A DNA stretch of 64,000 bases from Octopus sinensis (Eukaryota): assembly GCF_006345805.1 (NCBI RefSeq), contig NC_043013.1, positions 37,262,001-37,326,000 of the forward strand, read 5' to 3'. Position numbers and translations under genes: made by a program. Within the stretch, counting starts at the first letter, position 1; each line of letters begins with the position of its first letter. The notes under the pieces were generated by a model. It had not been told where the DNA came from and searched no databases. It saw nothing but the letters and a program-made list of their open reading frames with translations. Positions 54,038 through 64,000 of this stretch are shown in pieces.

Positions 54038-54445
54038 AGGAGCAGGCGTGGCTGTGTGGTAAGTAGCTTGTTTACCAACAACATGGTTCCGGGTTCAGTC
54101 CCACTGCGTGGCACCTTGGGCAAGTGTCTTCTACTATAGCCTCGGGCGACCAAAGCCTTGTGAGTGGATTTGGTAGACGGAAACTGAAAGAAGCCCGTCG
54201 TATATATGTATATATATGTACGCGTGTCTGTTTGTGTTTCTGTGTTTGTCTCCCTAGCATTGCTTGACAGCTGATGCTGGTGTGTTTATGTCCCCGTTAC
54301 ATAACGGTTCGGCAAAAGAGACCGATAGAATAAGTACCGGGCTTACAAAAGAATAAGTACCGGGGTCGAGTTGCTCGATTAAAGGCGGTGCTCCAGCATG
54401 GCCGCAGTCAAATGGCTGAAACAAGTATAAGAGTAAAAAGAGTAA
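54038..54445 (+). mobile_element. SINE family A, full length (tRNA head, CORE-like ACCTTGGGCAAGT, internal TA/TG microsatellite, 3' module)
   Basis: High similarity to 56063, 57624 and 60694. A diverged 3' half lies immediately upstream (53800-54010). Confidence 0.92.
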
Positions 54446-56062
54446 ATACATGTGATGTGATGTCTGTGTATGTGTGTTTCTGAGTGTATTTATGTAAGCT
54501 TAAGCGTTGGAAGGTGCTTTATCATTTTTTGTTTTTTTAATATCAGTTTCTCTATGGAGGCTCTGAATTCAATTTCTTAATAGATCGGTTCACTTCTTTG
54601 TGCTTATGCGATTGCTAAATACTTGTTTCCCATTATAATGTAAAGAAGGAAGTTGTAAAAATCTTGTTCAAAATATTTAGATAAGAAATATGTATATATG
54701 TACTGTGTATATCGCCTGTATGTATATATATATATATACACACATAGACTCTTCGATGTGAAGTCTGAAGATCAGATTGTATCGATCTCTACGGATGTTT
54801 TTCACTAACACATATACCATATTTGATTTGATGGTAGTCATAATTCCTAATTTATATATGTTTTTAATTTCCCATACTTCATTGTGATTATTTTCAATAG
54901 AAGGTGTTGCAGTAATTCTAACGGGGAATGCTTTGATAAACGAAAGTGAAGTGGACCCATTGCTCTGTTTATATAATTTCAACGATTTAAATTTCATAAA
55001 ATTTCTGAACATGACAAATAATGACTTATGTGTATCCTGACTTAATATCGTCGTGTGATTAATAAAGAGAAAGATGAAATATTTTAGCCAAATATTTGGT
55101 TTTGGAGTCTTTAATATTCTTTATTCTTTTTCCTTTTAGTACATTTTATGTGAACTATACGACAGCAGACATTGTTGTTTATCGCTGTTCACTTGTTAAA
55201 TTAAATGTTAGGTTTGAAATTGTATAACTCTGTCGACACATCCAAACTCAAATTCTATCGTAAGTACTAATGTTAATGAAAGGAAAATCTATTTGAATAA
55301 TTATGCAACTTACAGTATTAGAAAGCGATGAAGTCTTTCGGTGTACATTGAAAGTTCCAATTGACTTAAATTATTTGATATATCCTATGTTTGTATACAA
55401 GAACATACACATGGTTGAGCAATTATTTAATTAGGGAATATGTATTTAAGTTAATATTCAGTTTCAGAATCACTACTGCAAACAGCTTCCAGGATTCTGC
55501 ATTTCTTTAATATGCTGCTATTACTATGTATTTCATTAGTATTAGGATGCTAATGAAAGAATACTTTTCAATAATTTCCAACCTTGAATGTAACAATGCT
55601 CTGAATGTATTTATCTGTCGTAAAATTATGTAAAAGTTTAACGATACATTCTCAGATGTTATGCTTAGAATGTATGCTGGTTTATGCTAAATTACAGTAT
55701 AAATGAATATCCGCCGTCCTCATAACACACTTAGTGTGGTAGTTCTGATAACATTTTACTCATCAAGACGACACTTGTGCTTAGCAACATTATACAACTT
55801 GGGCATAAACACTAACACGTGCGCATACGCACACACATTCCTAAAGGTACACATAAAACAGCCTTAATTACACTTACACTATACGTCGCAGAATCGTGCT
55901 TTGCTGGTTAATGGTAAGCCGAGGCTCTGCTGATGGCGCTCATCACGGTAGAAACTCGTGTTCACAAGTTTCCCTTCATCTTCAAGAAGAAAATGTTCTC
56001 AATTCTTTTGTATCAAATTCATTCAGAAGATAAGATGGTTTCTTGCGATTATGTTTTATACA

Positions 56063-56486
56063 TAGGAGTGGCTATGTGGTAAGTAGCTTGCTTACCAACC
56101 ACATGGGTGCGGGTTCAGTCCCACTGCGTGGCATCTTGGGCAAGTGTCTTCTGCTATAGCCCCGGGCCGACCAATGCCTTGTGAGTGGATTTGGTAGACG
56201 GAAACTGTAAGAAGCTTATCGTATACATTTATATATATATGTATATATGTGTATGTGTGTGTGTATGTGTTTGTGTGTCTGTCTTTGTCCCCCTAGCATT
56301 GCTTGACAACCGATGCTGCTGTGTTTACGTCCCCGTCACTTAGCGGTTCGGCAAAAGAGACCGATAGAATAAGTACTGGGCTTACAAAGAATAAGTCCCG
56401 GGGTCGATTTGCTCGACTAAAGGCGGTGCTCCAGCATGGCCGCAGTCAAATGACTGAAACAAGTAAAAGAGTAGCGAGTAAAGAGT
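56063..56486 (+). mobile_element. SINE family A, full length
   Basis: Same head, internal SSR and 3' module as 54038-54445. Confidence 0.92.
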
Positions 56487-56809
56487 ATACACACATACAC
56501 GCGCGCGCGCATATGCATATATCTGTTTGTGTCTCTGTGTATTATGAATTCACTGTCATGGTGCTATAAACAAACAGGTGTTAGAACGAATTCATTATAG
56601 CGTAAAGCGTTAGAGTATGAACAAGACATGTAATCGCCATCACTAGTCTACAAATGTTTCTACCATGAGAAGCAGTACATAGAGATATCATATAGCTTAC
56701 TGAGCGCCCTTAGCCTTAAATCGTAACGATTCGAGAAAGCTGTATGGTGTTGCACAAGCACTCAAATTTGAATGCCGTACTGGCTCAGTCAGTTTTTGGA
56801 TATGCTTAG

Positions 56810-57147
56810 GTAACAGAACAGCCTGCTCGTGAAATTAACGTGTAGGTGGCTGAGCACTCCACAGACACGTGCACCCTTAACGTAGTTCTCGGGGATATTC
56901 AGCGTGACACAGAGAGTGACAAGGCCGGCCCTTTGAAATACAAGTACAACAGAAACAGGAAGTAAGAGTGAGAGAAAGTTGTGGTGAAAGAGTACAGCAG
57001 GAATCACCACCATCCCCTGCCGGAGCCTCGTGGAGCTTTTAGGTGTTTTCGCTCAATAAACACTCACAACGCCCGGTCTGGGAATCGAAACCGCGATCCT
57101 ATGACCGCGAGTCCGCTGCCCTAACCACTGGGCCATTGCGCCTCCAC
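56810..57147 (-). mobile_element. SINE family B with alternative 3' tail
   Basis: Head and body match 15054-15365 up to gagtgagagaaagttgtgg, then a different tail (gtggctgagcactccacagacacg...). Confidence 0.88.
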
Positions 57148-57623
57148 ATATGCTTATGTAAAACGCATTCGAAAGTTAAAGATTTAAAGAAAATATTACA
57201 AACTGGGACACAGATCGGAGTATAGCAGGAGTATAGCGTTGAACTAGTACAGAACTTGCCAAATTTAAAAGTAAGCCATTTATTTTCATTTCCTTGGTTT
57301 AGAGCTGTATGGTTGTAGCAATTATTCATTAAAAATTTTAATTTGAAAATATTCATTTCTTGACTTATCCCACATACAAGCAATGACTGTTAAAGCTGCA
57401 CTGCACATGTCTTTTTCATGCAAGTGCATAATTATATAGAAAAGATATAACAATAGCAACTAAATTAGAAGCGTTACGGAGGGTTCACAAGGCAACAACC
57501 AGCAAGCAACAGCTGTGCAAACAATTATCTGTAATTTTGGAAATAATTACAGCTTGCGTTTAATGTGTAACAGCTTCAGCTGCAGTAAAATTAATTAAGA
57601 AGCAACAAGCTAAAAAACATGGA

Positions 57624-58037
57624 TAGGCGCAGGAGTGGCTGTGTGGTAAGTAACTTGCTTACCAACCACATGGTTCTGGGTTCAGTCCCACTGCGTGGCA
57701 CCTTGGGCAAGTGTTTGCTACTATGCCCTCGCGCCGACCAAAGCCTTGTGAGTGGATTTGAAAGACAGAAACTGAAAGAAGCCTGTCGTATGTATGTATA
57801 TATATATGTATATGTATGTGTGTGTATGTTTGTGTGTTTGTGTTTGTCCCCCCAACGTCGCTTGACAACCGATGCTGGTGTGTTCACGTCCCCCGTCACT
57901 TAGCGGTTCGGCAAAAGAGACCGATATAATAAGTACCAGGCATACAAAGAATATGTCCTGGGGTCGATTTGCGCGACTACAGGCAGTGCTCCAACATGGC
58001 CACAGTCAAGTGACTAAAACAAGTAAAAGAGAAAAGA
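57624..58037 (+). mobile_element. SINE family A, full length
   Basis: Same head, internal SSR and 3' module as 54038-54445. Confidence 0.92.
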
Positions 58038-58303
58038 TTGTAATCGTATAGATGGTGAGAAAGCAAGCGTCCCATAAATTTCCAATATTCACTACGCGGT
58101 AACGATACTCGTCCGTAATCCATTAAAAGGTGTATATTTACACAAGAAATATACATGGAATTCTGAATCATTAGAAGACTCGATACAGCGATCAGGCGTG
58201 AAAAATTAGATTGAAAAAGCTTTCTTCTTTCACATAATATAAGGAAAACTAAAATATCCCGCGCGGTAACTTTGAAAATATACTTTAGCCACTATAGTTA
58301 ATA

Positions 58304-58825
58304 TTGGGTTATCCCATACATAATGCGGTTTTTTTAACACTTCTTTTATGTTTCAAAATTAAGTTCAACAAAGACATTTGTTTATCTAAAATAGGCTCTC
58401 CTTCATTGTTTACAGTGCTCTTCCATCTATTTGGTAGACATGCAAGGCGCCTCTTCCAAGTGTCACTTGTCTATGACGAAAAAATACACCTCCATTACTA
58501 TTCTGAACTCGTCTACAGAATTTAATATTTTTTCCATCCAAATGATTTTGAAACCTGCGGAATAAAGGATAATAACGAGACGAGGCAATGTCCAGCGAAT
58601 ATTGTGGGTGGGGCATCGTTTCTCATTCAAACTGCTCCAGCCTTTCGAATGTCGTCCTTCCTGTAAGTGACCGAGCCTTATCCTGATAGAAGAACACCTT
58701 TCGTCTTCAAACCAAAGATGGTCCTTTTTCTTCTCGCGCTGACTTAAGCCGCTGAAGTTGCTCGCATTACATCTCATTTGTTATCATTTGGTTTGCGTTT
58801 AAAAGTCCAAAGTAGACTTAACGTT
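58304..58825 (-). mobile_element. Mariner transposase 3' half with terminal inverted repeat
   Basis: Minus strand YFGLLNANQMITNEM*CEQLQRLKSAREEKGPSLV*RRKVFFYQDKARS..TMPHPQYSLDIASSRYYPLFRRFQNHLDGK.., then LPNRWKSTVNNEGEPILD. TA plus TTGGGTTATCCCATACATAATGCGGTTTTT at 58302-58333 resembles a mariner TIR. Confidence 0.88.
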
Positions 58826-59595
58826 TCATATCCCACCAAACAACTAACAACACATTACGTGGATGAACTCTTACCTTTAAACTGGGGTGACGGGGTTTCT
58901 CCATTCCCTACTAATTTTCTTGGTAAGACTTTGAGGACAATTGCTCCCGCGAACCAAAATAAAATATGGGATTTGCGTAGGGTCAAGGTTGGTAACAAAA
59001 TCATGACATACAATAAAACGAAACGAAACGTAGATAAGCAGGGAGGGCCGTTAGGCCAGAAGAGTTAAGGTAGTGAACGCTGGAAAAAGATTCTTTGATA
59101 CGATAAAAGAAAGGAGAGGAGACTGCGCGAGAGGGGGAAGAAAAAAGAAAGCTGACCCCGTGAAGAAAGGAAAGATGGACGAAGGTCATTTGTGAGCAAC
59201 GACAGAGAGAGAGAGAGAGAGAGAGTAAAGGAGGAAGAGAGAGAGAGACATACAGATAAAAAGTGGTGAAGGGGAGAAAAAATTAGGGAAACCAAAATGA
59301 GAGACAGAGAGGGAGAGAGAGAGTGAAAGCAGTAAAAGATAGAGTCGCATCATATATATTAATAGAAACTTATTTGGAAATGGATCCTGATTTTGCTACC
59401 AACCTTTACCCTCCAAAAATACCAAATTTTATTTAGATTCGCGGGAACGGCTGCCTTCAAAGTCTTGTATTGTCGAAATAAGGAGTAGAAAGACAGCTGA
59501 CAACTGATGAAGGGTCGTTTTTTATGATAAAGGGTCGTCCTTTATGTTACGTGACTTGTTTTTAGTTTGTGTCTCTCGTTCTTTGCACACACAAC

Positions 59596-59686
59596 TTTAG
59601 TTCGGTATTTCATGTTGTTTACATTTTATGACATCCTGTACCCATATATGCATATTTGTATACATATATATGTATGTACATATATG

Positions 59687-59785
<99 letters not shown>

Positions 59786-59877
59786 TATATAATATATATA
59801 CATATATATGTATACAAATATGCATATATGGGTACAGGATGTCATAAAATGTAAACAACATGAAATACCGAACTAAA
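59596..59877. repeat. Perfect ~80-bp inverted duplication around a (TA)n tract
   Basis: 59596-59675 is the exact reverse complement of 59798-59877. Confidence 0.95.
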
Positions 59878-60693
59878 TATAAATATATATATATACATAT
59901 ATATATATATTATTTATATTATATACATATATATATATTATATACATGTGTGTATGTGCCTACATGTATTGGGTGATTACATATTTCGGAGTTTTTATGT
60001 GTGCTAATTTTTCTGTTAACGGTTTTACATTCGTTTTGTCCTATTAGGAAAATTTATTTAGCGCAATTTGATAGCGAAAATGAGATAGTCATGCAAGCCC
60101 AACATTTGAAGTATGGGAAGGATAAATAATTTTCTTAGAACGAAGTAGACATGAGAAAAAAAAACCGAAAAACAAAAAGAAAAAAGAAATGTTTAAAAAA
60201 TTACAACTTCAAAAGCATTGCATATGTATCCTGCGTAATGTGCCAATTAACAAAAACAATTCTTTTAAATGGACAAAGATTTAATGGCGAATTCTTGTGT
60301 AATCCAAAATAATGAGATGTCTTCACCAATTGGATGGCATATATTATTTTGACTCCAATTTTTTTTTTACTTATTCCTATCAAACTATTCGTTATAATTC
60401 TTTCTTATCAAAGACGTAAACATGCTTACTTGCACACACATAGATTTATAGGCGACAATGAGCAAGTGTTTATACATTTCATCAAGTATGTAGTTGCTTG
60501 TATTTGTGTCTATACCACCAGCAACACCACCACTACCACACATACAGAAGCAGACAGATATTTGCATGTGAGTATGGTGTTAGCTTTTGCGTTTGTATAT
60601 ATGTGTGTATGACTATGTGTATTCATATACAAACACATATATAAGTAATTGTACACATACACGCACACACACCCACATAAACACACATATAAA

Positions 60694-61083
60694 TAAGCGC
60701 AGGAGTGGCTGTTTGGTAAGAAGCTTGCTTCCCAACCAAATCCCAACCTGTTCAGTCCCAATGCGTGTCATCTTAGGCAGGTGTCGGAAACTGTAAGAAG
60801 CTTGCGTATATATATATATATATATTATATATATATATATAATATATATATATATATTATATATATATATATATATGTATGTATTTGTGTGTCTGTCTCC
60901 GCCCACCACCGTCACTTGATAACTGATACTGGTGTGTTTACGTCCACGTAACTTAGCTGTTCGGCAAAAGTGGCCGTTAAAATAAGTACAAAGCTCACAA
61001 AGAATAAGTCCCGGGTCGATTTGTCCGACTAACGGTGTTGCTCCAGTACGGCTGCAATGAAATGGCTGAAACAAGGAAAAGAA
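60694..61083 (+). mobile_element. SINE family A, near full length
   Basis: Same modules as 54038-54445. Further same-strand partial copies at 61272-61555, 61620-61765 and 62365-62500. Confidence 0.85.
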
Positions 61084-61091
61084 ATGATAAT

Positions 61092-61124
<33 letters not shown>

Positions 61125-61177
61125 CATACATATGAATATATATAGACATACATTCATACATAGATACACACATATGT

Positions 61178-61251
<74 letters not shown>

Positions 61252-61760
61252 TATATACACACACATTCATATATGCGCTGGCTTAGTTGTGTGATAAGAC
61301 GCTTGATTTCACGCCATACGGTTCCGGTTTCAATGCCATCATGTGGAAACCTCGGCAAGTGTCTTCTACTATAGCCTCCAACCGACCAAACTTTTGTGGA
61401 GTTGAAACCCATCGCAAAATAGCGGTTCGGCAAAATGTTTCGACAGAATGAATCCTAGGCTTTTAAAAAATAAATCCTGGAATCGATTCATTCGACTAAA
61501 AGTTCTTGAAGAGAAAGCCCCGACATTGTAGCCTTTTAAGGATTGAAACATGTACAGTATGAAAGTTACATGTGTATGCACGATTGTACTGGAAAGAAGA
61601 GGTTTCTTAAATATTATGTAGATGTGGTGTATGGTGACATGCTTGCGTCCCAACCACGTTCAGTTCCACGGCGTGGAACCATAGATAACTGTCTTCTACT
61701 ATAATCTCGAGCCGACCAAGTCCTCGTGATAGGATTTGGTAGACGGAAACTAAAAAAAGC

Positions 61761-61813
<53 letters not shown>

Positions 61814-61979
61814 TAGAAAAAAAACACCTTTTATCAATTCAATAATGAAAATTAAATATTATATAATAAATAATATATATATGTTAAATAACATATATAT
61901 ATATTATATTTTGTGAAATTTGATTTAGTATTTCTAAATTGAATTTTTTCTTGTAAGTTTGGAATAATATTCCCTCATA

Positions 61980-62032
<53 letters not shown>

Positions 62033-62094
62033 AATGTGTGTGTGTGTGTGTGTGTTTGTGTGCGTAGAAGTTTGAAAAGTAACACGCGTTAAAA

Positions 62095-62325
62095 CATATG
62101 GAAAAAAAGTCAAGGTAGAAAATGCTAAAAGAATTTTATAAAAACATTTCAGTACCGGTTTCAGTCATTGAAACTTTTTTAACAGTAAGTATGGGAAACA
62201 ATTAAATTTTGGAAAAATTCACAGAAAATTGTTATTTAAAAAAGATATTTGCAAAGTCTTCAAATACAAGAGGCCTTTTCTTTGTTTCTGCCTGTTTCTG
62301 TCTCTCTTGTGTACTCTTGTGGGTT
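62095..62325 (-). mobile_element. Second copy of the dispersed repeat with hammerhead-like 3' half
   Basis: Homologous to 24325-24545; minus strand AGTT[TCAAT]GACT-GAAA-CCGG-TA-CTGAAA. Confidence 0.65.
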
Positions 62326-62639
62326 TGCGGTCGTTGTGTTTGTGGTGTGTTTGTGTACCTGTAATATTAGCGGTTCTGGAAAAGACACTGAGAGAATAAG
62401 CACTAGCATTACGAAGTATGGATCCTCGGGTCGATTCGTTCGACTACAGGCGGCGCTCCGGCATAGCCGCAGTCAAATCACTGAGGCCAGTAAAAGAGTA
62501 AAAAAAGTATTTAAAAATTTCTTTAGTAAAAACAATAATGAAACACAAACTTAAACAGAAGTGATTTCGTTGCTAGATTTTTTAAACATGTGTCATGGGG
62601 TAGCCCATATAGAGATTTTTCATATTTAATATCTTCGAT

Positions 62640-63255
62640 TATGGAATATCACCAAGAATATGCTGTTGTTCTTACTTTTGAGCATGCTTATAATGTTTAC
62701 ATTTCTTTGCTGATTGTTCAGCATGTGTTGTCAGAGTGATGGAAAGAGGCATTCAAGAGCTCTTTGCACTGATCTCATGACACTGCTTCCATTTCTTCGT
62801 CTCACATAAACCTTATCGTGTGGTTTATGTGTTTATGGTATTTACCATTGACGGTTAGTATTTTTCAAGTTTTGATATCTAGGCTGCACATCTGGTGAAT
62901 TTTCAATGCAATCTCCCAAATGTGGGTGCTAGCACTGGCACGGCAAAGTATTATAAGGTATAGTCTTGTTAAACAGATCTGAGTTCATTATTCTTCGATG
63001 TGTGTAAAAGTACTCTTTGTTCATTCTGGTTTTATACGCATATCCTGCTTGCGGCATTCTCGGCGATAGGTAAGGTAGACAAGTTATTGATATATATATT
63101 CTATCTGCTGCACAGTCTTTCCATGGTTGAGCTTATATCTTTTCTAAACTCCATCCATATATACTCTCACACTGTTGTAACTTGTTCTAGTTGTCTCATG
63201 TTTTCATGTTACCAGAATATAAGTTTAGGTCAGCAACTAAAAATGTGCGGGTGAC
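62640..63255 (-). mobile_element. Decayed reverse transcriptase fragment, R4/Dong-like (RLE clade)
   Basis: Across frameshifts: FLVADLNLYS (cf. FVDDLKLY), KEYFYTHRRIMNSDLFNKTIPYNT, AVPVLAPTFG, LDIKT*KILTVNGKYH, DKVYVRRRNG (cf. DRLY-R-GGRG). Confidence 0.65.
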
Positions 63256-63473
63256 ATTAATTGTTATACTATTCTACACATCCCAGTATGAAGCCTTGAC
63301 ATTTCGTCATACACATCTACGTATGTATCCACGAGCGCGAGCTCACATACACGTGCGCACACTCACACTCACACATGCATAATATATAACATACGTAACA
63401 TATATATATATATATATATTTATATTACGCATTATATAATATATATATGTATACATTTATGTTACGTATTATA

Positions 63474-63519
<46 letters not shown>

Positions 63520-64000
63520 ATATGTAATGTGTAGATAGGTCTGTTGCTGAAGTATGAACCCGCGTGAGTTTATTTCTGTGTATGTGTATATTCCTTTTCA
63601 TTAATCTCTGGCTTTGCTTTCGTGTTTATTCTCCAAAATTAGAATAATTAAGTAGGCCAATTTATTTGATAATATTGATCAAATGATGTAAATTACGATA
63701 TGCTGAAATAATGAAAAAAAAAAAAAAAAGAATAGATTTTCTGAATTAATTAATTAATATTGTACACCATTCAATAATGAAAGAATTGTGCAATCTGTCT
63801 TTATTGTAACACATGTTAACAACTGAACGAATTTTAGTAAACAATATGGGGCTTATTCGGTCGTTGTTTTTTCCCTATTTTGTTGTCAAAATGGGACTCG
63901 TATGGACTCTATTAGTAATTTATATACATACTAGAATAAAAGAATAAAAGAATACTAACGCACACCGACGCATACATACACGCACACATAAATATGTGTA

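Noticed and set aside
54677-55012. 111-aa ORF on the minus strand
   Set aside because: AT-rich with no recognisable motif, and it runs into an SSR.

Overview
This is very AT-rich, microsatellite-saturated animal genomic DNA. I infer a coleoid cephalopod, most likely Octopus, from the tRNA-derived SINE families and SSR density; this was not database-checked. I found no convincing host protein-coding exon, rRNA, tRNA gene or CRISPR array, and nearly all ORFs in the track are translations of (TA)n/(CA)n/(AAT)n repeats. The window is a mosaic of transposon debris: more than 30 SINE copies from at least 4 families, three Helitrons with related 3' ends (one carrying a decayed RepHel N-terminus), mariner/Tc1 remnants, MITE/foldback elements, RTE and CR1 LINE scraps, three RLE-type (R4/Dong-like) LINE pieces (two sitting inside microsatellite arrays), and Penelope-like 3' ends. 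The main result is a set of hammerhead ribozyme (HHR) motifs, folded by hand. Two are complete type I hammerheads with every catalytic-core nucleotide present (3047-3117 and 53459-53533). One is a minimal palindromic variant at a Penelope-like end (5239-5276). A ~335-bp tandem duplication has a decayed hammerhead in each unit (19509-20130) and resembles a non-LTR retrozyme, and several further decayed cores are scattered through the window. All protein assignments come from manual translation and recall of family motifs, not from searches.
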